Source of the DNA: Alphaproteobacteria bacterium
Lineage (GTDB): Bacteria; Pseudomonadota; Alphaproteobacteria; SP197
DNA: 64,000 nt
Reading direction: 5' to 3'
Assembly (NCBI GenBank): GCA_964291415.2
Contig: OZ219917.1
Location: 1,088,001 to 1,152,000, forward strand
Shown in pieces: positions 1-8,930 of this stretch (its first letter is position 1; each line of letters opens with the position of its first letter). The translations under genes were made by a program, and so were the position numbers. Under the pieces are notes generated by a model, which ran no database searches, had not been told where the DNA came from, and saw only the letters and a program-made list of their open reading frames with translations.

Positions 1-516
1 GCTGACGACGGCGCCGAGTTGTGCGTAAAGGCTCTTGCGTGTGCCGCCGGGAACAAACTCATCGCCACGCGCAAACCGCAGGGCGACACCGCTGTAGCCG
101 GCGGCAAACTCTTCGGCGGTTACCCGGCGGCGCCCCGTAGCCGGATCATTGAGGTAGTAGCCGTGTTCGTCGAAACCTTCGAGAACAACGAAGTGGCTGA
201 ACTGCCAGAACAGAATCAGGGGTAGCTGCAGTTTCCTGAGCTGTTCGGCCCTGAGGCTCAGTCCGCTGCATTCAAGACCGTACTGTCGCGAGGCTCTCAG
301 AATGCTGGCGGCGCTGCTGCCGTCCCGGCTCACCTCGCACTTTTCCCTGAGTTCGGTCAGCGGAACCCATCGCCCGAAGTGGCCGAGGACGCTGCCGAGG
401 CAGGCAGCACCGCACTCGGACGCGTGCATCTGCAAGACGACCGGAGTGGCGACTCTTCGTCGCCGGACCTCGGATGCCGTCCGGCTTCCAGCCTCCCGGG
501 AGGCGCGTACCGGCAT
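1..516 (-). CDS. NHLP/bacteriocin-type peptidase-containing ABC exporter, N-terminal C39 peptidase domain (3'-partial, runs off the window)
   Basis: Not in the ORF track; translated by hand from ATG at 516: MPVRASRE...RRVATPVVLQMHASECGAACLGSVLGHFGRWVPLTELREKCEVSRDGSSA...LILFWQFSHFVVLEGF...YLNDPATGRRRV. Contains the C39 Q-x5-C, HFVV and NDPA motifs. Confidence 0.92.
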   Translation of the reverse strand, partial: MPVRASREAGSRTASEVRRRRVATPVVLQMHASECGAACLGSVLGHFGRWVPLTELREKCEVSRDGSSAASILRASRQYGLECSGLSLRAEQLRKLQLPLILFWQFSHFVVLEGFDEHGYYLNDPATGRRRVTAEEFAAGYSGVALRFARGDEFVPGGTRKSLYAQLGAVVS

Positions 517-517
517 C

Positions 518-1039
518 TCAGGATGGCCTCATGCCCAACAGGGAGAACGGGGACTGCCTGGCGAGTTCGATGACGATCCGGCACCTGATGCCGGCGGGGA
601 TGGGCGTTTCGAGAGTCCGATCGATCGCGACGTCAACAAGGTACATGGAAACCGGCACCGCGAGACCCTGGACGGGGAAGACGGCGGAAACCGACACAAT
701 CTCCCCCTTGAGCGCAGGAGCGCTGCCGTCGGCCATGGTCAGTTCGACCGTTGCCGGCAGGCCGGGCCCGACAGTTGCCGTGTTGTCGTGTCCCGCCCAG
801 ACGAACAATTGCAGACTGTCACCGCTGGCGGGCTCGGCCACGATCCCGTCCACTGCCCGACTGTGTGAGATGCTGCCAAGAAAGAGCCATGCGGCAAGGA
901 GCGCCACGACGAGGGCGATGATGCCGACAACGAGCCGTTCCCGCGGCGTGGAAACGGTCAGCAACTGGTCGAGCTGCTCACGTTCTTCCTTCGCTTCGGC
1001 AACGGTGTTGTGAAAGGAATCAAATGGATTGTTGAACAC
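518..1039 (-). CDS. short NHLM/NHLP bacteriocin system secretion protein (HlyD-like, lacking the long helical hairpin)
   Basis: EQLDQLLTVSTPRERL followed by a TM helix matches the N-terminus of NHLM secretion proteins; C-terminal beta-rich part ends in RQSPFSLL. GTG at 1039 has GGAGG upstream (alternative ATG 1060). Stop abuts the C39 exporter start. Confidence 0.75.
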   Translation of the reverse strand: MFNNPFDSFHNTVAEAKEEREQLDQLLTVSTPRERLVVGIIALVVALLAAWLFLGSISHSRAVDGIVAEPASGDSLQLFVWAGHDNTATVGPGLPATVELTMADGSAPALKGEIVSVSAVFPVQGLAVPVSMYLVDVAIDRTLETPIPAGIRCRIVIELARQSPFSLLGMRPS

Positions 1040-1158
1040 GGCGGGGCACAACCTCCCCATGGAATCGAGCCAACAAGGCCTGCCCCAGTTGACGTGATCG
1101 CGGCATAGATAACGAAGCTATGCATGTCCGCCCGGGGAAGGTCAAGGCTGACCAGCGG

Positions 1159-2430
1159 TTAGACGATGCCGAGACCCTGGGACACCTGGGCGTAACTGGT
1201 AAGGGGGACAGCGCACATCCGGTGCCAGTCCTCCCTGGCGATGACCGGCTGGTTCAGCAGGCCGATCATGTCGTCGAACTTGCTGAGTGCGGAGCATCCG
1301 ACAACCTCCGGGGCGGCGGCCTTGCGGTGTTGAGGCCAGGCATGACCGCGGGCGTATCGCCAGAAAGGCGTGTCATGCCGTGAGCCGCAGGAATAGTGCC
1401 AGCCGACAAAGAGTCCGTATCGCAGGACGGTGCTGACAAGGAAGCGATTGACCACCGGAGCATCGCGCTCGAGATACTCCGGTGCGCGACCGAGACGGAT
1501 GTGGAGCACCATGCCGATCTGCAATTGTGCGGAGACGATCGCCGTTGCCTCGAGGGGTTCCATGAAGGCCGCCGCGTTGCCGATGCGGGCGACAGCCCCG
1601 TCATAGATCCGGCGATGAACAAAGTTCGGGAAGGGGATGACGGCGCGCGGTTCGAACTCCGTGACGCCGTCGGCTTCCAGGAGAACGTCAAAGTCCGCAT
1701 TGACCTCGTCGACGCTGGAGAGGTTGCGATTGAAGATGTATCCGTAGGACGTGTGGACCGTCAGCGGAATCACGAATACCCAGCCGTGCGGACGGGCCAC
1801 CGCACGGGTGTAGGTCGGTTGCCGGACCGTTTCCCCGGGCCTTTCGCGAATGGTGGCCGGTGCGCGACGGATGATCGCCGTATTGGTCGGAATGAAGGGG
1901 ATTTCGATGTGCTGGTCTGCGTCCAGTTCTCCTGGAAATCCGCGGGCATCGAAGACGAGGTCGTAGCGTTCCGGTCCCATGCCCTCGAAGTTCACCTGCG
2001 CACCGCCGTCGACCCTGGTGATCCCGAGCACCCTGGCGTCGACATGACGCGCCTTTGTGCCTTCCTGCAGCAGGTCCGCCATCACATCGGCAGACAAGTG
2101 ATAGGCATAGGACACCTGTTGCGGGGTGAAGTAGTGGGTGAAGTCTCGTTGAAGCCGGCCCCATCCCTCGAAGGCGACGCCGTACTTGCGGGTTCCATTC
2201 AGGCGCTGCTGGACGGTTTCGTGCGGCAGGTTCGTCAGTTTCCGCAACTCGTCGACCAGGCTGGGCCAGCTTCCTTCGCCCACGCCGCTGATCGGGATGC
2301 CGGGGTCATGGATGTGATGCAGTTCGTGGTCGATGCCCTGCAGCTGGTTCGTCACACTGGCGGCTGCCAGGGATCCAGCGGTTCCCCGTCCAATCACCGC
2401 GATCCTGTTGAGGGTCGTGCTGCCAATCAT
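1159..2430 (-). CDS. flavin-dependent halogenase, tryptophan halogenase family (candidate peptidyl halogenase)
   Basis: IAVIGRGTAG FAD motif, GVGEGS, TRKYGVAFEGW (catalytic Lys position), GWVFVIPL (WxWxIP variant), IGNAAAFMEPLEATAI. Start placed at MIGSTT (2430). Confidence 0.9.
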   Translation of the reverse strand: MIGSTTLNRIAVIGRGTAGSLAAASVTNQLQGIDHELHHIHDPGIPISGVGEGSWPSLVDELRKLTNLPHETVQQRLNGTRKYGVAFEGWGRLQRDFTHYFTPQQVSYAYHLSADVMADLLQEGTKARHVDARVLGITRVDGGAQVNFEGMGPERYDLVFDARGFPGELDADQHIEIPFIPTNTAIIRRAPATIRERPGETVRQPTYTRAVARPHGWVFVIPLTVHTSYGYIFNRNLSSVDEVNADFDVLLEADGVTEFEPRAVIPFPNFVHRRIYDGAVARIGNAAAFMEPLEATAIVSAQLQIGMVLHIRLGRAPEYLERDAPVVNRFLVSTVLRYGLFVGWHYSCGSRHDTPFWRYARGHAWPQHRKAAAPEVVGCSALSKFDDMIGLLNQPVIAREDWHRMCAVPLTSYAQVSQGLGIV

Positions 2431-2603
2431 CCTGATAGAGGCATCCACAGATTCCGGTTGCCACTCCATTAGCCGGGATGCACCGGTGAGACAACACGCT
2501 ACCATGGAACCGCGTCCTCGCCGGGCCCTCTTCGGCGAGGGTTCGGCACGTGACGATGCGCTCGATTGTGGCCAAGGTATCTTGAGGAACTGGGCATGAA
2601 CCG

Positions 2604-3908
2604 TTGAAGCCGCCAGCACATGCAGCCACCAATGGCTGGTACAACATCCTTCCCGCACCCGCCGTCGCGCGGCGGGTTGAGGGCGTGTTGCGTGTCCCCT
2701 GGGCCGTGGTCGGCGCCGGCTTCACCGGACTTGCGGCGGCGCGCACGCTCGCTTGCCACCTGCCCGACGAGACGATTGCCCTGATCGAGGCGGAACGGGT
2801 GGGTTTCGGCGCGTCGGGGAGAAACTCCGGCTTCGTCCTGGAGTCCCACTTCATGCCGCATCGGCTGCCGTTTGCCGATCTGGAGCGGACAAGGGCAGCG
2901 GCCCGGCTCGGCACCGGCGGCAGGGACATCCTGAAGAACCTGGTGCGGCAACACCGGATTGCCTGTCACTGGCGCGATTGGGGCAAGCTCTGGGTTGCCG
3001 TCTCGCGTGCCGGGGAGGAGGGTCTTCTTCTCCAGCGCCAGGGCAATGATGCCCTCGGAATCCGCCACGAGGCTCTCGACCGTGACGGGGTGGAGGCGCT
3101 CACCGGAACACGATTCTACAACGCCGGCCTCAAGGTCGAAGGCACGGCGCTGGTCAACCCTGCTGCCCTGTGCCGGGGCCTTGCCGATACCCTGCCGGCC
3201 AACGTCGCACTCCGCGAGGAGTCTCCCGTGCTGGAACATCACAAGAATGGACCGCACAGGCTGGTGACGCCACAGGGAGAGGTTGTCGCCGACGGGGTTC
3301 TTCTCTGCACGAACGTCTATTCGCCGTCCCTTGGCGTCGCCCGCCACGCGATGGCGCCCCTCGTTCTCTACGCCAGCCTGACCCGGCCCATGACGCCTGA
3401 CGAGGCCGGGGCCGCAGGCGGCGACCGCGGCGGATTTGGCCTGCTTCCGGCGGCGAGAGGCGGTTCGACGATCCAGCGCACGCCTGACGGGCGGCTGCTC
3501 ATTCGCAACACACTGGCATACGGTCCAGCTGCCGCGTCACAGCCGACGAGGCTGGAGGCGGCACGCTTGCGTCATGTCGATTCGATCCGCAGGCGCTGGC
3601 CGGCGATTGCGGACATCGACATCGAGCACACCTGGGGAGGGTGCGTCGGCATCACGCGCAACGAGGGCCACGTCTTCGGCGCCATCGGCGACAGGCTGTG
3701 GGCATCGATCGGCTGCAACGGTGCGGGGATATCGCGCGGCACCATGGCCGGTACACTCCTCGCCGATCTCGTGGTCGGCCGGGACTCGGAACTGCTGCGC
3801 GATCAGCGACGGATCCCCGCACCCGGCTGGATGCCGCCGGAACCCCTGCGCGGTCTGATCAGCCGGAGCCATATCCGCAAACACGCGGCCGACATTGCCG
3901 AACACTGA
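2604..3908 (+). CDS. FAD-dependent oxidoreductase, DAO/PuuB-like amine oxidase
   Basis: VVGAGFTGLAAA, GASGRNSGF, HTWGG, GCNGAGISRGT motifs; TTG start is uncertain. Confidence 0.88.
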   Translation: MKPPAHAATNGWYNILPAPAVARRVEGVLRVPWAVVGAGFTGLAAARTLACHLPDETIALIEAERVGFGASGRNSGFVLESHFMPHRLPFADLERTRAAARLGTGGRDILKNLVRQHRIACHWRDWGKLWVAVSRAGEEGLLLQRQGNDALGIRHEALDRDGVEALTGTRFYNAGLKVEGTALVNPAALCRGLADTLPANVALREESPVLEHHKNGPHRLVTPQGEVVADGVLLCTNVYSPSLGVARHAMAPLVLYASLTRPMTPDEAGAAGGDRGGFGLLPAARGGSTIQRTPDGRLLIRNTLAYGPAAASQPTRLEAARLRHVDSIRRRWPAIADIDIEHTWGGCVGITRNEGHVFGAIGDRLWASIGCNGAGISRGTMAGTLLADLVVGRDSELLRDQRRIPAPGWMPPEPLRGLISRSHIRKHAADIAEH

Positions 3909-3953
3909 AGTGTCGAACCCGCTCGTGCCCTCGTTTCGGCACGGTACTCGAAG

Positions 3954-5630
3954 TCAGGTGTGGGCGGCGGCGTCGATATCAAAGAGGTCGCCGCGTTCGC
4001 GCAGCACCTCGTCGAGCCAGTCGGTGCGCATTTCCGGGGTCGAGGCGATGAGCTTGCGCGTGTAGGCCTCTTTCTGCGGCGGCGTGAAGATCTGTTCCGT
4101 GGTTCCCTGTTCCACCACCTCGCCCTGGTACATCACCACGGTCCGGTCGGCGATGTTGCGCACGATACCGAGATCGTGGGTGATGAACATGTAGGCAAGG
4201 CCCTTGTCCTGCTGCAGGCGATCAAGCAGTTTCAGGATGCCCGCGGCCACCACCTGGTCGAGGGCCGAGGTCACCTCGTCGCAGATGATGAGTTCGGGGT
4301 CGGCAGCAAGGGCCCGGGCGATGCAGACCCGCTGCTTCTGTCCGCCCGAAAGCTGGCCCGGGAAGCGGTCCGCGAACTCCCGGTCGAGATCGATTTCCTC
4401 GAGCAGGGCGAAGATCCGTTCCTCGCGTTCCTTGCCGGTGAGACCGAAGTAGAATGTGAGGGGACGGCCGATGATCTCCGAGACGCGCTGCCTCGGATTG
4501 ATGGCGACATCGGGCATCTGGTAGATCATCTGGATCTTGCGCAGTTCTTCCTTGTTGCGCTCCTTCAGGGCGAGCGACAGCTTCTTGCCGTCGAACTCGA
4601 CGTGCCCGTCGCGCGGCGGCAGGAGCCCCGTCACGACCCGGGCGAGGGTGGACTTCCCGCTCCCCGATTCTCCGACGATGGCGACGGTTTCGCCCCGTCC
4701 GATCTCGACGCCGACATCCTTCAGGACGTCGACCTGGCCATCATAGGTGGCCGTGACGTCCTTGATGGCGAGAACCGGGTTCTCGGGCATGCCGGTGAAG
4801 ATCTTGGTGTTGATGTCCTCGGTGCGCGCCGAAATCAGTTCCTTGGTGTAGGGTTCGTCAGGGTCGTGGAGGATCTTGGCGGTATCCCCCTGCTCGATCA
4901 GGTCGCCATAACGCAACACCATGATGCGGTCGGCAACCTGCGCCACCACGGCAAGGTCATGGGTGATGTAGAGTGCCGCCGTGTTGTTGTTGCGGATGAG
5001 GTCGCGCACCGTGGCCAGCACCTCGATCTGCGTGGTCACGTCGAGGGCCGTGGTCGGCTCGTCGAGAACCAGGAGATCCGGTCCGCAGGTCATGGCCATG
5101 GCCGACATGACGCGCTGCAGCTGGCCACCCGAAACCTGGTGGGGATAGCGTCTTCCGATGCGCGCCGGATCGGGAAGATCGAGCCTGGCATAGAGTTCCT
5201 CGGCGCGTTTCGTCGCATTGGACTGCGACATGACGCTGTGGCGCACCGCCGCTTCCGTCACCTGATCATTCAGCTGCTTGGCCGGATTGAAGGCGGCTGC
5301 GGCGCTTTGCGCGATGTAGGCCGCCCGCACGCCCCTGATCTGACGCACGTCGTCCTCGTCCTGCTGGCGCAGGTCGGTGCCGGCAAAGAGAATCTTGCCA
5401 CTGGTGATCAGGCAGCCCGGGCGGGCGAAACACATGGAGGCGAGACCGATGGTTGACTTGCCGGCGCCTGATTCTCCGATCAGGCCCAGGACCTCGCCCC
5501 GCCTCAGGTTGATGTCAATGTCGTTGACGATGCGGAACGGATTGCCGTCCGCTCCCAGCGCCTCGACACGCAGTGCCTGCATCTCCAGCAGAGTTTCGCC
5601 AAAGCCGGTGCGGGCCGTTTGCTGGTTCAC
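3954..5630 (-). CDS. Dpp/Opp-type ABC transporter ATP-binding protein (two fused ATPase domains)
   Basis: Two Walker A motifs (GESGAGKS, GESGSGKS), SGGQ signatures, DEPT/DEVT Walker B; GTG start at 5630 with GAGG upstream. Confidence 0.93.
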   Translation of the reverse strand: MNQQTARTGFGETLLEMQALRVEALGADGNPFRIVNDIDINLRRGEVLGLIGESGAGKSTIGLASMCFARPGCLITSGKILFAGTDLRQQDEDDVRQIRGVRAAYIAQSAAAAFNPAKQLNDQVTEAAVRHSVMSQSNATKRAEELYARLDLPDPARIGRRYPHQVSGGQLQRVMSAMAMTCGPDLLVLDEPTTALDVTTQIEVLATVRDLIRNNNTAALYITHDLAVVAQVADRIMVLRYGDLIEQGDTAKILHDPDEPYTKELISARTEDINTKIFTGMPENPVLAIKDVTATYDGQVDVLKDVGVEIGRGETVAIVGESGSGKSTLARVVTGLLPPRDGHVEFDGKKLSLALKERNKEELRKIQMIYQMPDVAINPRQRVSEIIGRPLTFYFGLTGKEREERIFALLEEIDLDREFADRFPGQLSGGQKQRVCIARALAADPELIICDEVTSALDQVVAAGILKLLDRLQQDKGLAYMFITHDLGIVRNIADRTVVMYQGEVVEQGTTEQIFTPPQKEAYTRKLIASTPEMRTDWLDEVLRERGDLFDIDAAAHT

Positions 5631-5634
5631 GTGA

Positions 5635-6522
5635 CTATACCTCGAATTCAGTGGCCGCGGACCGGTTCGCCCAGGCCAGCACGTAGTCGACCAGGAGGTT
5701 GGTGCCCACGGCAAGGATGGCAATGGCGCCGGCCGGATAGAGCGGGGCGACGATGCCGTAGATGATGGCTGACGAGCTTTCCCGCACCATGCCGCCCCAG
5801 TCCGCCAGGGGTGGCTGGATGCCCAGGCCCAGGAAACTCAGGGCGGCGATGAAGAGGAAGGCAAAGACAAAGCGCAGGCCGAACTCCGCGATGAGCGGCA
5901 AGGTGGTGTTGGGCAGGATCTCGCGGGTCATGATCCACCACAGGCGCTCGCCGCGCAGTCTGGCCGCCTCGACATACTCCATGACCGCCACGTCCATCGC
6001 GATGGCCCGCGACAGCCGGAACACGCGGGTGGAGTCCAGCACGGCAATGACAGCCACGAGAACGACAAGATCGGAGCCGAGAACGGAGATGACCACGAGT
6101 GCCATGAGGAGTGTGGGAATGGCCATCAGCGTTTCCACGAAACGCGACAGGATACTGTCGAAGATACCCCCCAGCACGGCCGCCGCAAAGCCGGTGACGA
6201 TACCCATGAAGAAGGCAAGCACGGTGGCCACGAAGGCAATGGCAATGGTCGTGCGGGCGCCATAGATGATGCGCGAAAGCATGTCCCTGCCGATGTGATC
6301 GCCTCCCAGCCAGTGCTCGGCCGATGGCGGAGCCCAGACATCGGTCACGAGTTCCGTCTCGCCGTAGGGGGCGAGCCAGGGCGCGAAAACCACCACGAAG
6401 AGGTTGATCATGATGATGGCCAGACCGACACGCGCCGTCAGCGGCATGCCCCTGAGGAACTGTTTGACGACCATCATCTTGGTCGGGCGGATCCATTGTG
6501 CCGTTTCCGATGTCGTGACCAT
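5635..6522 (-). CDS. Dpp/Opp-type ABC transporter permease (DppC-like)
   Basis: HWLGGDHIGRDMLSR, EYVEAARLRGE (EAA loop), LSFLGLGIQPP; ATG 6522 after AGGAGG. Confidence 0.92.
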   Translation of the reverse strand: MVTTSETAQWIRPTKMMVVKQFLRGMPLTARVGLAIIMINLFVVVFAPWLAPYGETELVTDVWAPPSAEHWLGGDHIGRDMLSRIIYGARTTIAIAFVATVLAFFMGIVTGFAAAVLGGIFDSILSRFVETLMAIPTLLMALVVISVLGSDLVVLVAVIAVLDSTRVFRLSRAIAMDVAVMEYVEAARLRGERLWWIMTREILPNTTLPLIAEFGLRFVFAFLFIAALSFLGLGIQPPLADWGGMVRESSSAIIYGIVAPLYPAGAIAILAVGTNLLVDYVLAWANRSAATEFEV

Positions 6523-6532
6523 GACCCGCCTC

Positions 6533-7480
6533 CTACTTGGGATGCCTGAGACGCGGATTGGAGAGAATCGACGAGATATCCGCAATGAGCGTGAGCAGGA
6601 TCCAGACACTGGCGAAGATCATGACGCAGGCCTGGACCACCGGAACGTCCCGCTTCGAGACGGAATCCACCATGTACTGGCCCATGCCCGGATAGGTGAA
6701 GACGACCTCCACGACGACCACGCCAACGATGAGATAGGCCATGTTGAGCATGATCACCGTGATGATCGGCGACCACACGTTGGGCAGGGCATGCTGGACG
6801 ACAATGCGCCAGTAGCGCACACCCTTGAGGTGCGCCATCTCGATGTAGGAACTCGACATGACCGCAATGACCGCGGCGCGGGTCATGCGCATCATGTGAG
6901 CCAGGGTGACGAGGGTGAGCGTCACCACAGGGAGCGCCACGGACTCGATGCGCATCCACAGGGACATCTGGTCACTCACGTTGGAGAGACTCGGAAACCA
7001 CTGGAAGGTAACCGCGAACAGGATGATCAGGACGTAGCCAATGAAGAACTCCGGCACGGAGATCGCCATCAGGCTGCCGACAGATATGCCCCTGTCGAGA
7101 GGTGTATCCTGGCGAATGGCGGAGATCAGACCCAGGGACACCGAAAGCGGAATGGCGATGATCGCAGCGAGTGCCGCCAGGAACAGCGTGTTCTCGAGAC
7201 GGAAACCCACTTGCGGTGCGATGGGCCGTCGATTTCCGAGCGACGTGCCGAGGTCGCCCTGGACGAATCCCACCAGCCAGTCGAGGTAACGTTCATGGGG
7301 AGGTCGGTCGAGGCCGAGTTGCGCGCGGATCGCCGCGGTGTTTTCCTCGGTTGCTGACTGGCCGAGAATGGCGGTGGCGACATCACCGGGAAGGATCTCC
7401 GTGGCGATGAAGATGATGATGGAAACGCCCAGCAGGGTTCCAATGCCGATGGCGAGCCGCCTTACCACCAGTGTCAGCAT
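6533..7480 (-). CDS. Dpp/Opp-type ABC transporter permease (DppB-like)
   Basis: LPGDVA...LGLDRP...GDLGTS, YIEMAHLKG, HALPN, VEVVFTYPGMG. Confidence 0.93.
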   Translation of the reverse strand: MLTLVVRRLAIGIGTLLGVSIIIFIATEILPGDVATAILGQSATEENTAAIRAQLGLDRPPHERYLDWLVGFVQGDLGTSLGNRRPIAPQVGFRLENTLFLAALAAIIAIPLSVSLGLISAIRQDTPLDRGISVGSLMAISVPEFFIGYVLIILFAVTFQWFPSLSNVSDQMSLWMRIESVALPVVTLTLVTLAHMMRMTRAAVIAVMSSSYIEMAHLKGVRYWRIVVQHALPNVWSPIITVIMLNMAYLIVGVVVVEVVFTYPGMGQYMVDSVSKRDVPVVQACVMIFASVWILLTLIADISSILSNPRLRHPK

Positions 7481-7612
7481 TCCCGAATCCCGTTTCCACC
7501 CCGGGCATTCAAGCGAACCCGGCGCGACTTTGCAAATGGCAAGGGAGTCCGGCAGTCCGCCGGTCTCCGTGTCTGCCGGTGCAGCAAGACCTTCAGCGCC
7601 GCCTCTCCCGTG

Positions 7613-8185
7613 ATGTCCGGCATCTGGATATTCGGGTACGGGTCGCTTATCTGGCGACCCGCCATGTCCTTCCGGACGAGCCGTGTGGCCCGTCTTGCAG
7701 GGTGGACGCGGCGTTTCTGGCAGGGTTCACACGACCACCGCGGCCTGCCCCATGCCCCCGGACGCGTCGTCACCCTGGTTGCCGCGCCACGGGCCTCCTG
7801 TGATGGCATGGCCTATCTCGTCGACAGGGACGTGGTGGAGACGGTCTTCCGCAACCTCGACCATCGCGAGAAGAACGGCTACGAGCGTCATGCGGTCAGG
7901 CTGACGTTCCGCGACGGGGGTGTCGTCGACGCCATCGTCTACATCGCCGCTGTCGGCAACCATGCCTGGCTCGGTCCGGCTGGCGATGAGGAGATGGTGA
8001 GGCAGATCTGCCAGGCCGCCGGCCCAAGCGGCGCCAACATCGACTATCTCAACGATCTGGCAGCGGCCTTGCGGGACCTGGAGATCAAGGACCCGCATGT
8101 CTTCCGGCTCGAAAGCATGGCACGCGCCTTCATGGAGGAAGGCAGCGACGGTCACACGATACGGCAGGCCTCGTCAAAGCTGTAG
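7613..8185 (+). CDS. chaC: gamma-glutamylcyclotransferase, ChaC family
   Basis: WIFGYGSLIW, RRFWQGSHDHRG...PGRVVTL, LDHRE, GPSGANIDYL. Confidence 0.88.
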   Translation: MSGIWIFGYGSLIWRPAMSFRTSRVARLAGWTRRFWQGSHDHRGLPHAPGRVVTLVAAPRASCDGMAYLVDRDVVETVFRNLDHREKNGYERHAVRLTFRDGGVVDAIVYIAAVGNHAWLGPAGDEEMVRQICQAAGPSGANIDYLNDLAAALRDLEIKDPHVFRLESMARAFMEEGSDGHTIRQASSKL

Positions 8186-8805
8186 CGGTAGAAGCGCGGT
8201 CCGAGAATCCCCTCCAGGGCGCCGTATCCGATGTTGCACAGGAAGTTCGACTCCCAGGCCGTGCCGGCAAGAAAGGCCGCGTCCACCTTCTTGCCGTCGA
8301 ATCCCAGCATCGGCCCGGCGTCGAGGCCCACGGCACGGATGGCAAGAATGAGGTAGGCGCCCTGCAGCGTGCCCTGGTGGCGGGCGAAGGAACGCGCTGC
8401 ATCGGGATCGTCGGCCCACTGGTCCGCCATCTCCGGATAGATGGGGAACAGTCTCTCGAATCCGTCGAAGAAGCGGGTGTCGTGGGCAAGCAGTGCGGTG
8501 GCCGGCGCCGCTATCGTCTTCTTCACATTGCCCGGCGACAGGCACGCTCCCAGTTTCGCCTTCGCCTGTGGCGAACGGACGAAGACAATGCGCGCCGGCA
8601 AGGTGTTGGCGCTGGTGGCGCCGAACTTCATGATATCCCATATCTCGTGCAACTGTTGGTCGCTCACCTCCCTGTCCTGCCACGCGTTGTGGGTGCGGGC
8701 CTCCCGGAAAAGGAGATCGAGGGAGTCCTCGTCGAGCCGTGATATCTTCGCCCGGCATGCGGCGATCCGGTCTCGGGCTTCCTGAAGCAGGATATCCTCG
8801 GTCAT
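8152..8805 (-). CDS. RutE-like malonic semialdehyde reductase, nitroreductase family
   Basis: LFREARTHNAW, GATSANTLPARIVF, TLQGAYLILAIRAVGLDAGPMLGFD, SNFLCNIGYG; ATG 8805 after GAGGAG. Confidence 0.87.
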   Translation of the reverse strand: MTEDILLQEARDRIAACRAKISRLDEDSLDLLFREARTHNAWQDREVSDQQLHEIWDIMKFGATSANTLPARIVFVRSPQAKAKLGACLSPGNVKKTIAAPATALLAHDTRFFDGFERLFPIYPEMADQWADDPDAARSFARHQGTLQGAYLILAIRAVGLDAGPMLGFDGKKVDAAFLAGTAWESNFLCNIGYGALEGILGPRFYRYSFDEACRIV

Positions 8806-8930
8806 CCGCACACTCCTCGGTTCAGCGGCTCCCATCCTGCCATGCCGCCCCTTTTCCGGCATCTGCCAACTTGACGCCACGAAGGAGCGAGGGTCACCCT
8901 CCATCCGGTGATCGTGTCACGGGAGAGAAG

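Noticed and set aside
1040-1158. Possible RiPP precursor between the halogenase and the secretion gene
   Set aside because: Too short, and no ORF with an NHLP/Nif11 leader or double-glycine motif was recognised here or elsewhere in the window.
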